Both the position numbers and the translations under genes were made by a program. From Octopus vulgaris (taxonomy: Eukaryota): 64,000 nt of DNA. The stretch covers positions 17,360,001 to 17,424,000 of the forward strand of contig OX597839.1 of NCBI GenBank assembly GCA_951406725.2. The letters are read 5' to 3'. The notes under the pieces were generated by a model. That model did no database searches and was not told where the DNA came from. It saw only the letters and a list, made by a program, of their open reading frames with translations. Positions 23,516-35,705 of this stretch are shown here, piece by piece (the stretch's first letter is position 1; each line of letters begins with the position of its first letter).

Positions 23516-24062
23516 CCCTGGTATAGATATCACTCTTACCTGTAGCTCTAAGTCCTGTTTGCATCCATAACCTGGTAAACAGCTTTGACTACTAGGCAAA
23601 ACTGGATGAGAGTAGCCAGCATGCATGTAACTCTTGGTGAGTTAGGACTTGCTTACCTATACATGCAAAGACTAGATCCAGTGGACTTTGTAGAAAAAAA
23701 AATATTTTCTCATGAGAGAGTGAGGTTGGAGGTGCTCATCTCTTCTTCACTTTAAACAAAGTCACCCAGGATAACTAAATGGTCCCTGTCTTTGCAACAG
23801 ATGAATATGCAATTTCAAGTAGACAGTCAACTTATTTCATCCTTCCACGCTTGGCTTAGTGGAACATCTAAGATGTGATGACAAGTGACAGGAGAGAAAG
23901 AACTGTACTACCACAAGACTATTATTTATTTTCAGCTGTTTAAACTGGAACAACATTGAATGAAATGTTTTGTTCAAGGGTACAATGCAGGAAACCAACG
24001 AACCCAGAATTTTATGATCTGGAGTTCAGCATCCTAACTACTGAGCTATGTACTTTCCCAAT

Positions 24063-24273
24063 AAACTACTAACTAGAAAGAAAATAATTATGCAATGAGG
24101 AAACAAACAATGTTAATTAGGGACTAATTAAGTTAATATTAACATGTTCAATGCAGTGAGCATTAAAAAGCTAACTAGAAATAATTATGCAGTATAGAAA
24201 GACGATATTAGTTAATGAATAATTAAGTTAGTGTTAACCTGTTCAATGTAGTGAACATTAAAAAAAAGCTAAT
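24063..24273 (+). repeat. Degenerate ~100-bp tandem duplication
   Basis: CTAACTAGAA..ATAATTATGCA...TAATTAAGTTA.T.TTAAC.TGTTCAATG.AGTGA.CATTAAAAA occurs twice. Confidence 0.75.
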
Positions 24274-24974
24274 GTAAATTGGTAAAGAAAAACTAAATTT
24301 ATTAATAATAATATTTTCATGTTTTTTCAAATTGATCTTCTTTTTATTTAAGCAGATAGCATCTCTGAATTATTCATTGATTTTTCTCTTAACATTTCTA
24401 TTTTCCTTTGCCACATTTCTATTTTCCTTTGCCAATCAATATATATATATAATATTGTAGATTTACTTAGTTATTCTCTCATCAATTCTTCAGAAAGTAT
24501 GGTGGAATCTTTGCATTGTTGATGAAGATACAATAAACTTAAATATGTCCTGAGTTGTTTCCCATCCTTAGCAGAAGAATAAAAATCATGTTAATTAATG
24601 ACTAAAATTATTTTTGGTCTCACCTCATAATCATTTATAATAGATTATTTATACTCATTGCATTAAATATAACACTAACTAAACAAATGTTATACACACA
24701 TAAGCAAATGTTATGCTTTCTCTTTCACTCAGCCCCTCTCCCACTCATCTCTCTGCCCCCAACAATCATCTCCACTTTACAATTGGTATTGGTTTGTTAA
24801 AATTCCTGTAACTTAGTGGTTAGGCAAAAGGGATTAATTGAATAAATATTAGATTTTAAAAAAATAAAGTACTGAGGTTGATTTGTTTGACTAAAAACCC
24901 TTCATGACAGTGCTCTAGCATGGCCACGGTCCATTGTCAAAAACAAGTAAAAAAAAAAGATATATATATAATTT

Positions 24975-25275
24975 TGAGGTAGTGAGTTCGATTCCTGAAC
25001 CAGGCTGTGTGTTGCGTCCTTGAGTAAGACACTTTATTTTACTCCAGTTCACTCAGCTGTAGAAATGAGTTTTGACAAAATGATGCCAAGCTGTATTGAC
25101 CTTTGCCTTCCCCTTGGATAATATTGGTGGCATGGAGAGTGGAGACTAGTATGCATAGGTGACTGCTGGTCTTCTATAAAAACAACCTTGCCCAGACTTG
25201 TGCCCTGGAGAGTGACTTTCTAAGTGCAATCTCATGGACATTTTTGACCAAAGGGGGTCTTTACTCTTTACCCTA
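24975..25275 (+). mobile_element. SINE family F
   Basis: B box GAGTTCGATTCC and body CCTTTGCCTTCCCCTTGGATAA...GACTGCTGGTCTTC shared with 47660-47925. Confidence 0.75.
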
Positions 25276-25889
25276 AGTGCATGTGTATGTACATAAATTT
25301 AAGAGTGGAATTTATGGTATTACATTTAATCCAACTTATTTACATACTATTAGCTAGTATTTACAGGAGTACTGAAGATCCAGCTCACATTTATTAATCC
25401 CCAGTCTTCTGTTATGTTTATATGTATATATGATATAATACGATCAGTATATTATGGGTGTTTGTATAATAATGCCTAATGTAGATGATTTGTGATGCTT
25501 CAATTGGTTTATATCTTATGGGAAATAAATTGACAACATTGAATGCATGTATAAGTTCTATGGCTACTTAACATTGAAACAACATTATTGTATACTAGCA
25601 ATTGTGACATTATCTTGTAGTTGTTGACTTTTTCTTTAGACTTGCTAATATTAATCTTTATACATATTGACAATTTAACTTTTATAGAGTTAAAGTAAAA
25701 GACAAAAAACTTGCATTTGAGCAGTCTATTCATGGGGTGAGAAATAACTGATATAGAATGAGCAAACTGGTGAATGGAAATGATCAAGAAAAATCACACT
25801 AAAAACAATCTAGAACAAAGCACATCTACCCTTGTTTATCTCTAATATGCTCAGCAGAAAACTGTATTAAGTTTATCACAAATTGACCT

Positions 25890-25963
25890 GTAGAAACATG
25901 GATCAGTGATGAGCCAAGGATCATGTTTGGACTGCAAAAGTGCACCCTAGTGACCATCCACAA
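25890..25963 (+). pseudogene. Possible highly decayed non-LTR reverse transcriptase fragment (R4/Dong-like)
   Basis: Translates VETWISDEPRIMFGLQKCTLVTIH, resembling the post-YxDD segment SxDIxMxFGLxKC; short and flanked by stops. Confidence 0.3.
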
Positions 25964-26698
25964 TGATGATGACATCTTGGGAATCTTACAATGAAACCTA
26001 CTTTCTCCATATGGTCTATTATTCATTTACACTGATTCATTTAACATGGTGATTTTGGAACCAAACACCTGTAATAAACAAGGAAAGACATATTTCCTTG
26101 TGTATTTTTTTATTCTTGAGTGAACAAAGTCATAGTTTTCAATTTGATCAATCACATCAGTCATTGATTCTGTACATTTTTCATAGCAAGAGTGATAAAG
26201 GTGAATGGACCTGTACACCTCAGGCATAATAAATACCTCAATATAATTTTGTTTGATGCTCTAGTTTAATGGTTTTCTTGTCAGTCCAAGGAACTGGTTG
26301 TGTTTTTTACACTTCAATGAAACTTTATGTATCTTTAAGTAAGAGCTAAGTCAACCTGTTACACTCTCTCCACCTCACTCCCTATCTCTAATCATCTCTG
26401 ACACATATTTTGCACACTCTGGCCTACCTCCTTACTCACCTTTTCTATTCCTGTATCCCTATTCTGTATTTCATATTCCCTTTGTACATAGAGGATGTGC
26501 CCTCACCGTCTGTTTCTCTCTCACTTACCACCTAGAGAAGCTATATATCTCCTCTTCAAGAAGACACCTGTTCCTATTTCTCTATCTTGCTTTTATCTCC
26601 ATCAGTACTGTACCTCATTCATTTGAGGGAATCTTGTCTTGCAAGTACTTTGCGCCTAGAGTAGAAAGAATCATTTTTGCCTGTAGTGATATATATAT

Positions 26699-26766
<68 letters not shown>

Positions 26767-26879
26767 TCACACAACATATATATCATACTAAATGTGTATT
26801 CACCATTTTGAAAGACATGTAATTTTTGTCTGAGATGAAATCTCTTCAATTACATTGATTGAGTTTATATATGTATGTA

Positions 26880-27062
26880 CATAATGTGACCGCGTGTGTA
26901 CAGTTGGCGATTTTTTCCTTCGGTCTTCCCTTCTTTGGATCTTTCCTTTTCCTATGTTTCTGACGAAGAGCTCCGCTCGAAACGTTAAACCCTCCTTCTT
27001 TCCTATCTTCCTGGGCATCCAATAATACTATATTTGTTCCACGTCCTCGCGTTGTGTTTTCA
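26880..27062 (+). mobile_element. Short CpG-rich (TA)n-flanked element carrying a hammerhead (Penelope-like pLTR remnant)
   Basis: Bounded by TA/TG microsatellite; contains the hammerhead at 26956-26990. Confidence 0.6.
26956..26990 (+). ncRNA. Minimal type-I hammerhead ribozyme motif, canonical C3-G8 core
   Basis: GTTT|CTGACGA|A|GAGC-TCC-GCTC|GAAA-CG-T-T|AAAC: 4-bp stem I, 4-bp stem II, palindromic stem III ACGU, GUU triplet. Confidence 0.7.
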
Positions 27063-27116
27063 TATATATATCCATACATATATATATATATATATATATA
27101 CACACATCTATCTATC

Positions 27117-27148
<32 letters not shown>

Positions 27149-27524
27149 TATATATATGTATACACATGCTTAATTTTCAGTATTGGTATGTTGTGGATTT
27201 TCTTTCTTTCACCTATGTCAATCAGCTACTATTAATATGTTCAGTATTATGTTGTAAATTTTTGTTGCTACTTTTTTCCTGCTGCTTTCAACTGTTTGCT
27301 TTTCTTTCATTTCTATGCTTAACTATTATAGTTTTCATCTCCTGCTGATATTTGTATTTTTAATACTGCACATCCGTGTCCAGAAGAGATATTATCTCAG
27401 GATAAATACCACAGTGACTGGCCTATCAACAGTGTGTACATATTAAGTATGATGCATAAATGGTTATTCTCATTACTTAAAATTTAATTTCTATCTTACA
27501 TTTATCTATTTGTATATGTGGGTG

Positions 27525-27730
27525 TTGGTGCCTCGTAAAAAACATGGTGATGGTGCCATGTAAAAGACACCCAGTATATTCTGTAATTTAAATGGTATTA
27601 AGAAGAGCATCCAGCAGTAGAAACCATGCTGAAATATACTATGGAACCTGGTGTAGCCCTTGGTCTTGCGAATTCCTATCAAGCTGTCCAACCCATTGCC
27701 AGCATGGAAAACAAATATTAAATGACGATA
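27525..27730 (+). mobile_element. RTE-tailed element, family D
   Basis: GCATCCAGCAGTAGAAACCATGC core; TGTCCAACCCATTGCCAGCATGGAAAAC tail. Confidence 0.65.
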
Positions 27731-28171
27731 ATGTTTCTCAAATTCATTTCTGTGTTCTACCTACCTGTAATAATTTTTTTCTTTCTTTCTGACTTCATGG
27801 CGAGATGGTTCTTACTATTTTTTTAAACACCTTCTTTTCCTACTATATCCCTTTCTTTTCTTCATCCTCCTATCAGAATATAAATATTCTTTTTGCTATT
27901 TCTTTAACAGTTTCCTATCATTTATCCGCCAGCATTCCTCCACCATCCCTATCATTGCTTTATCTTGTCACTATTTTTATTTTTCTATCCTGATTATTGA
28001 ATTCGTTCCCTTCTCACATTTATTCTCACAATTATTTAAATTTTCCTTTTTTTGTTTCTTGACTTTTTTAACTGCCAAAAACATGTTTACATATTTACAC
28101 ATACATACACACATACACAATTATTTTGTTTATCCTTATTTGAACTGATAAAGTATAGTTTGACGATATAC

Positions 28172-29627
28172 AGTCAACTATCGCCCAATCTCACTCACCT
28201 CCCACATCATTAAAGTGTTTGAAAGAGTGTTAAGATCAAGGATAGCTGACTTCCTGGAGACCCACAAACTCCTAAATTCAAATCAACATGGCTTTCGCTG
28301 TGGCAGGGACTGTCTAACACAGCTCTTACACCACATTGAAGATGTACTCAAAGCCTTGGGAACAGGTTCGAACTCTGACGTCATATACCTTGACTTCAGT
28401 AAAGCGTTCGACAGGGTAGACCATAACATCCTACTCTCAAAATTGGCAAATGTTGGAATCCGTGGAAAAGTTCTACACTGGATTCAGTATTTCCTAGCGA
28501 ATAGAACACAACATGTTGTAGTTGATGGAGTCCACTCAAACCCAGCAAAAGTCACCAGCGGTGTTCCCCAGGGAACTGTTTTGGGTCCGCTACTCTTCAT
28601 AATTTATGTAAACGACCTTTCCAGTGTCGTACATCACTGCAAAGTGAAAATATTCGCTGATGACACTAAGCTCCAGCAAATCGTCAATGAAGAAGCAGAC
28701 CGAACCTCAACTCCAGTCTGACCTATATGCTGTGAGTCAATGGGCAGACAGAAACAAAATGCAACTGAATGAGGGAAAATTTGAGCTGATGCATTTTGGA
28801 AGAAATTCCTCACTAAAACAACCATACTCTCTTCCTTCAGGGGAACCGCTCACAGCCTCTAACAATATCAGAGACCTGGGTGTAATTGTTGATGACGATC
28901 TCAGTTGGAGTGCACACATCAACAAGAAGGTCGATACAGCTCGTAGGATGAGTTCCTGGATCTTAAGAACTTTCCGGTCCAGAGAACAAGGTGTCATCAT
29001 ACCACTTTTTTCATCCTTTGTACGGCCACACCTCGAATACTGCTGCCCACTGTGGTCTCCTCACACAAGACAAAACATCTCCAGAATTGAGTCACCCCAG
29101 AGGGCTCTCACTAAACAAATTGAAGGCATGGCTGCTCTCGACTATTGGGATCGCCTTAAAGCCTTGAAACTTTACTCCCTCCAGCGTCGCCGTGAGCGGT
29201 ACATCATTTGTACGATGTGGAAAATATACCGCCAACTTTGCCCAAACGACCTAAACATTAGCTTCAAGGTTCATCCGAGACTTGGACCACGGGCTATACG
29301 TCCGCTGCCAAATTCAAGATCACAACATACATGTACACTGCAACATAATTTCTTTTCCTCAACAGGCCCTGCCCTATTTAACATTGTCCCGAGGGAGATC
29401 AAAGAGGAAAAGGATCCCATCAACTTCAAACAGAGTCTGGATGGATTCCTTCAAAGAATACCAGACAAGCCACCCATAATTGGATACAACTCACCCAACA
29501 AGAACTCACTACTTGAACAAAACTTGACTTAAACAGGATTCGAATAATCCTATCAGGTGGTGCTATTAAGTTAGACATGGCCTGGACCAATCTCTGGTCG
29601 AAACATATCTAAGTTTATCTAAGTTTA
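28172..29627 (+). mobile_element. 5'-truncated CR1-type LINE (ORF2 RT and C-terminus, 3' UTR, short tandem tail)
   Basis: NYRPISLTSHIIKVFER start at 28176; YLDFSKAFDRVDH, SGVPQGTVLGPLLF, FADD, RDLGV, VRPHLEY, SLQRRR motifs; 3' stem-loop GACCA-ATCTC-TGGTC (29585-29599); (TATCTAAGTT)2 tail. Confidence 0.92.
28176..29532 (+). pseudogene. LINE reverse transcriptase reading frame with a single +1 frameshift
   Basis: Track ORFs 28215-28721 and 28660-29532 join if one base at 28704-28706 is removed (..EEADR/TQLQSDL..); no other stop seen. Confidence 0.88.
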
Positions 29628-29825
29628 CATACATAAGTATGAGTATTGTATAAATATATGTGTGTGTGTGTGTATATATATATATGTATGTGTGTGTATC
29701 CATCCATATATATTCTTATATATATATATATATGTATATATTAGATACATACATATGTTTATATATATACATATATACATAAATACATAACATATACATA
29801 TGTATGTACATACATACATACATAT

Positions 29826-30150
29826 GTCATCATCATCATCATTTAATATCCCTTTGTCTAGGCTGGCATGAGTTGGATGGTTTAACAAGAATAGACAAGC
29901 CAGGTGGCTCTACCAGGCTTTATGCCTGCTTTTACATGGTTTCTACAACTGGATGCCCTTCCTAACGCCAACCGCTTTACAGACTGTACTGGGTGGTTTT
30001 AACATGGCACCTGTCTTGGTGAGGTCACCAAGTACTTGCAAGATAAGACTCCTCAACTGAGTAGGGTATAGACTGGGAAAAAGAATTAATGATAGTAAGA
30101 TAGGAGCGGGTGTCTTGCTGAAAATGTTGATACATGGTTTACCCACCTGG
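29826..30150 (-). mobile_element. RTE-tailed element, family D
   Basis: (CAT)n tail, CTGGATGCCCTTCCTAACGCCAACC core, CTTGCAAGATAAGACTCCTCAACTGAG segment. Confidence 0.75.
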
Positions 30151-30319
30151 AAAGTGAGAGAGAGAGAGAGAGAGAGATGTGAAGTCCAGGTACAATGTGA
30201 ATATGAGACAGAATTGAAAGTTCACTAAGTGAAATAGTATGATAGACCATTAGATATAGGGAATGAGTTGGATGCAGAGGATGTTGAGTGTAGCAGTAAG
30301 AGCCTCAACTCTGAGATGG

Positions 30320-30700
30320 ATAGGTCTTCTCAAGTACAGCATAACACCATTCATCTCAGTCTCCTCTCATCTCCTCTGAGAGGCTCAGCATCTTGAAGTC
30401 AGTCTTTACCACTTCAACCCACGTCTCCCTAGTTCTACCTCTTTCACATGTTCCTTCTATGTTCAGCAATTGGTACTTTGTACAACTGTCCTTATCCATT
30501 TGCATTACATGACCATATCAGCACAATCTTCTTTCCTGCATACCACATTTGATGCCTCTTAAACCCATTGTTTTTCCTATTCATGCACACTAACATTTTA
30601 CATCCATTGGAGCATACTTGCCCTTCCAAGTCTTCATATGTCCTCTGCATTTACAGCCCAAGTTTTATAGCCATTACTATTCATACACAGGCAACCTACC
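30320..30700 (-). pseudogene. Decayed RTE-clade LINE, C-terminal coding remnant
   Basis: Minus strand GLRGIKCGMQERRLC*YGHVMQMDKDSC...IEGTCERGRTRETWVEVVKTDF matches the RTE RLRWxGHVxRM..GRPxxTW signature. Confidence 0.8.
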
Positions 30701-30727
30701 TTTCATTCTGAGCAAGAGGGATACTAT

Positions 30728-30762
<35 letters not shown>

Positions 30763-31039
30763 ATGATTATAATGATAGTATACACTTTGCCATGTATATA
30801 CATGTGTGTATGAATTTATGTAAATATGCATATCTGTATGTATATATATATATATGTGTGTGTGTGTGTATACTTATTGATCTTCCCACCTTTTTGCACT
30901 GTTCAGTGATATTCTTATTTTAGATGAAAAAGTTAGATAAGAAGATTATTTAGCTGCTGTTTCTGATAACTATGCCAAGGGTTATTTATTATCTCAAAAA
31001 ATTCAGCCAATTAAGGGGTTATACAAAGGTTTTATTTTA

Positions 31040-32095
31040 GAAATTCAGTTAATAATAATACTATTTTAATAAATTATATTACCTTATTAATTAATGAATA
31101 TTAGTTAATAACAATGTTGTAATAGTTCATACTATTGCTGTTCTAATTGATAACAAGGCTATTTTAATTAATAAAAGCAGCCCATCTTATTTTATAACAA
31201 AACATGTTAGTTAATACTAAAGCAACTTCGATAAATAACACTGCTAGTTTAATTAATAAGAAGATTGACTTTAAAATAATGTTAAATTAGTTAACAGCTT
31301 GCTATTCTACAACTCTATTTACTAGCGTATAAGTCATGCCCATAATTTAGTACAGAATTTGGTACACTTTTTGGTACAACTTTGGTACAATTTTTGGTAT
31401 AATTTTAGCACAAATTTTTTCATTTAAAATCGAGTATAAAATAGTGTTTACAATACCAAACCTGGTTTAAATAATAACAATGCTAATTTAATTAATAACA
31501 ATGCCAGTTTAATTAATAACAACTCTGCTTTAGTTAACTATGTTATTTAATTAGTAACAATACTCGCTTAGTTTATAATAATGCTCTCTTGGCCAATAAC
31601 AATAGTAATTTAAACAATAAGTGAGTTTAATTAATTATCATTCTCCTTTAGTTAATAACAAAGCTAGTTAGCTTAATGCCATTTTAATTAATAATAATAC
31701 CAGATGAAATAATAATGCTAATTCAGTTAATAACAATATTTTTTTTATTAACAGCAGTGTTAGTTTAGCTTATAATAATGCTGGTTTTAACTAATAATTA
31801 GGCTAGTTTATTTATTAACAATGTTAATTTAGTTAATTTTAAGATGTTTTAGTTAATAATATTATCTTAATTAATAACAATCTTGATTTAGTTAACAACC
31901 AAGTTAATTTATTTAGTAACAATATTTTAGTTAATATTAATGATAACTCTGTTTAATTACAACAATTTTAGTTTAAAGTATAACGTTATTTTAGTCAATG
32001 ATAATACTATTTTATTAAATAACAATACTAATTTAGTTAATGATGAGATTATCTTAATTACAGTGCTGTTTTCATTAATAGTATTGTTAATTAAA
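31040..32095. repeat. Degenerate 21-bp AT-rich minisatellite with an internal ~12-bp repeat block
   Basis: Consecutive units AATAACAATGCTAATTTAATT / AATAACAATGCCAGTTTAATT / AATAACAACTCTGCTTTAGTT; TTTGGTACA block at about 31345-31420. Confidence 0.8.
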
Positions 32096-32338
32096 CCAAT
32101 ACAAACAGCAACAGTTGTGCACAACTAAACTATATTTTACGTGATAGTTTTATTGATAAATACCAATTTTCAGCTTGAATCTTATCAGATTCAACTTTGC
32201 TTTCAACATTCCAGAGACTGTAAAATCAATAACAATAATATATCAGACATATTGATCACCTATATACATATGTATATGTGAGTGTGTGTGTGTGTGTATG
32301 TGTGTGTGTGTGTGAATATATATCTATTGTGTGTTTCT

Positions 32339-32375
<37 letters not shown>

Positions 32376-33162
32376 CATACATGCCCCTACTTTACAAAAT
32401 GAAAATTTTGTCTAAGAAACAAGTTCTACCAACATTTTTCTATTACTAAGATGAGCCAATAAGTTAACCCCATGTGGCCACTAAAACTGCTGGAAATAGA
32501 AGCTGACTACCTGTAATCTTGTGGTACTAACATAAAAAAAGACATAGATGGCTACATTTGAAATGTATTCTAGATAGACAAAAGAAGAAAAAAAATGAGA
32601 TGGTCATGACTAGAAGAACTTTTTATTTTTAACATATGTCTCACCCATCAGAGCACTGACTTGTGTCTAAATAACATCTTAAACAGTATACTCTAAAATA
32701 TGGCTTAAGCCATGAATGTGTAACCATATCTGTGTATGCATGCACACACACACATTTTCCTTGAGCTCATGAAGCTAGTTTATTGGTTTCCATGATGTAT
32801 AAGTGACTGAGATAATAAGATTCCCCCTGAATGGGATGCCAGTCCATTGCAGGGTTCAAGGTCTAGCAATTTTGAAAGGAGGAAGCAAGTCAGTTACATC
32901 AACCCCAGCACTTGCTGATATTTTATTGAACTTGAAGTGATGAAAGTTGACCATGGCAGCATTTGAACTCTCAGAACATAAAGAAATGCTTCTAAGCTTG
33001 CTTATGTATATATATGCATACATACATATATATATATAAATAAAATTTAAAATAGGATAAAATCTTTATAAGAATTTATCAAGTAGTCAGCATGAAAACC
33101 TCATAATGGAGGTGTTTGTCTGGTATGTTGATTTTGTTCATTTTTGTGTCTTGATTATGCCT

Positions 33163-33218
33163 GCACTGACGATTAGAAAGCAGATTACATACACTAACTA
33201 TGAAATCACATGATTTGT
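33163..33218 (+). ncRNA. Degenerate minimal hammerhead-like motif
   Basis: GCA|CTGACGA|weak stem II|GAAA-TCACATGA-T-T|TGT; stem III is one base from the palindrome ATCACGTGAT; lies in a (TA)n-flanked segment at about 33040-33360. Confidence 0.4.
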
Positions 33219-33397
33219 GGCTGGATCTATTTTTAAGGGTTGGCTTCAAAGGTTGCATTCCCTCGTGTTCAGTACACTGTGTATCTATTATGGTAGTTTT
33301 GACTTTAAGAGTTCCTCATAGTATGAAGCATTTATGTGTAGTAATGCCCTTAATGTAAATATATATATATATATATATATATACATACATATATATA

Positions 33398-33655
33398 TTA
33401 CATGATCACATGACTGACCAGACTATCAGATGTTGTTACACATTGCCAGTCACAATGCGCTCTGCATTGTCTTAACCATCAAATGATGTCACCCTGCTGG
33501 CCAGGCGATCAGGTTAACATTCCTCCACTGATCAAAAAGGGGCTGGAGCATTGTGAATTGAAGTGTTTTGCTCAAAAACAAAACGCACCACCTGGTCTGG
33601 GAATTGAACCTGCAATCTAGCAACTGTGAGTGCAACAGCCTAACCACTAGGCCAT
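33398..33655 (-). mobile_element. SINE family B-related, older copy
   Basis: CACATGACTGACCAGACTATCAGATGTTG tail and CCTAACCACTAGGCCAT head match family B; the middle differs. Confidence 0.7.
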
Positions 33656-33878
33656 AAAATTTCTACATATATATATGTATTACTTGTTTCAGTCATTAGA
33701 CTGTGGCCATGCTGGGGCACTGTCTTGAAGAATTTTTAGATGAATGAATCAACCCCAGTATTCTTTTGTTGAACTACTAAGATACGAGGACATAGACAAT
33801 CCACCACTAGTTATCAAATGGTGGGTGGGTGGGTGGGACAGACACAAAGGCACATACACACATATAGATGATAATCTA

Positions 33879-34237
33879 TTCTACTATAGGCAAAAGGCCT
33901 GAAATTTTGGGGGAGTAGGCCAGTCGATTAGATCGGCCCCAGTGCTTACTTTATCGACCCCGAAAGGATGAAAGGCAAAGTTGACCTTGTCAGAATTTGA
34001 ATTCAGTATGTAAAGACAGATGAAATACCTATTTCTTTACTACCCACAAGGAGCTAAACACAGAGGGGACAAACAAAGACAGACTAATGGATTAAGTTGA
34101 TTACTTAATTTATCGACCCCGAAAGGATGAAAGGCAAAGTCGACCTCGGCGGAATTTGAACTCAGAACATAAAATCAGACGAAATACCTCTAAGCATTTT
34201 GCCCGGCATGCTAACGTTTCTGCCAGCTCGCTGCCTT
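33879..34237 (-). mobile_element. SINE family E dimer
   Basis: Two CCGAAAGGATGAAAGGCAAAGT cores with two different tails, joined at GAAATACCTATTTC (about 34022-34035). Confidence 0.85.
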
Positions 34238-34617
34238 ACATGTATAGTTAATAATATATATGTAATATGGTATGTACATACTGAGTGTCAATGCTTCCAA
34301 GGCTGGCTTTGCTTTTCATCCTTTTGTAATTGACAAAATAAGTACCAGTTCAGTATTGGGGTTGATGTAATTGGATTCTCCCCTCCCCTCAATACTGCTG
34401 GCCATGTACCAAAATTAGCAAGAAATATAGTGTGTGTATGTAGTGTCTGTGCATGTTTGTAATGCGTTTTTGTCTATGTATGTATATATGCACTATATGT
34501 GTGTAGGTATTTATAGTATGCATGGATGTATGGTTATGAAAGCATGCGTTTGTGTTCATATGTGCATCATGTTTCTGTGTGTGCGTTTGTACAAATGTGT
34601 ATGTAACATGCATGTAA

Positions 34618-34655
<38 letters not shown>

Positions 34656-34997
34656 ATGTGTAATATATGTATGCCTGTGTCTGTATGTTTGTAATGCACA
34701 TGTTTATGTGTAATGTGTGAATGCATGTATACATGTGCATATGTTTGTGTTAATTTACGCATTAGTAAATATCATTTGTTAAACAGTTAATTTACTGTCA
34801 AATATTCAGTATTTGGCTAATCACTCAGGAAATAAGGCTCACTAGACATTATTACGCATGTTCTCACTCACTTATCTTATGAGAAAAGAGAAGAAACGGC
34901 TTGTTTAAATCATTGTTTCGTTGTTTAGTTCCAGCTCAGCTCTGATGAAGATGATCTCTGACAGAGATTGTTCTAACCATGGCCATCTTCAGACAAT

Positions 34998-35480
34998 AGG
35001 TGTAGGTGTGGCTATATGGTTAAGTAGCTTGCTTCTTAGCCATGAGGCACATGGCCTTGTGGTTAGAGCAGTGGACTCGCAGTTGAGGGATCGCGGGTTC
35101 GAATCTCAGACCGGGTGATGTGTGTGTTTATGAGCGAAACACCTAAGCTCCACACGGCTCCGGCAGAAGGTAATGGCGAACTTCTGCTGACTCTTTCGCC
35201 ACAACCTTCTCTCACTGTTTCTCCTGCATCTTGCAGCTCACCTGCGACAGACTGGCATCCCGTCCAGGTGGGGAACCTATACGCCAAGGAAACCGGGAAA
35301 CTGGCCCTTATGCGCCAGGTATGGCTCAAGAAGAAACAAGCAAAACAAACATGAGGTCTTGGGTTCAGTTCCCCTGAGCACCATGTTGGGCAAGCATCTT
35401 CTACTGTTGCCCCAGGCTGACCAAAGAACTTATGAATGGGTTTGGTAGATAGAAATTGAAAGAAGTTCATCATTCATCAT
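34998..35480 (+). mobile_element. SINE family A head interrupted by a nested SINE
   Basis: GTAGGTGTGGCTATATGGTTAAG...CATGAGG|insert|CATGAGG TCTTGGGTTCAG..TTGGGCAAG. Confidence 0.8.
35044..35349 (+). mobile_element. SINE with family B head and a different 3' half
   Basis: A box TGGCCTTGTGG, B box GGTTCGAATCT; flanked by CATGAGG at 35041-35047 and 35350-35356; A-rich (CAAAA)-like tail. Confidence 0.85.
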
Positions 35481-35705
35481 GTTTATGTATGTATGTATTT
35501 ATCTGTCTATCTATCTATGCACACACACACACACACACATATTGTTCAAATTTACACACATACACAGAATGCTGGGCTGGCAGAATTGTTTGCATGTCAG
35601 ACAAAATGCAGTATTTCTTATGGCACTTTACATTCTGAGTTCAGATCCTACGAAGGTCAACTTTGCTTTGCATCCTTGGTGAGCAAGGGAGCAATAAAGT
35701 GAAAT

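Noticed and set aside
24440-24575. Minus-strand coding exon
   Set aside because: Splice-like signals are present, but stops occur in all frames and no protein is recognisable.
29581-29612. GACCA/TGGTC hairpin followed by GAAAC as a hammerhead
   Set aside because: No NUGANNA box upstream; better explained as the LINE 3' stem-loop.
31040-32095. CRISPR-like array
   Set aside because: Contiguous degenerate units with no unique spacers, no cas genes and a eukaryotic context.
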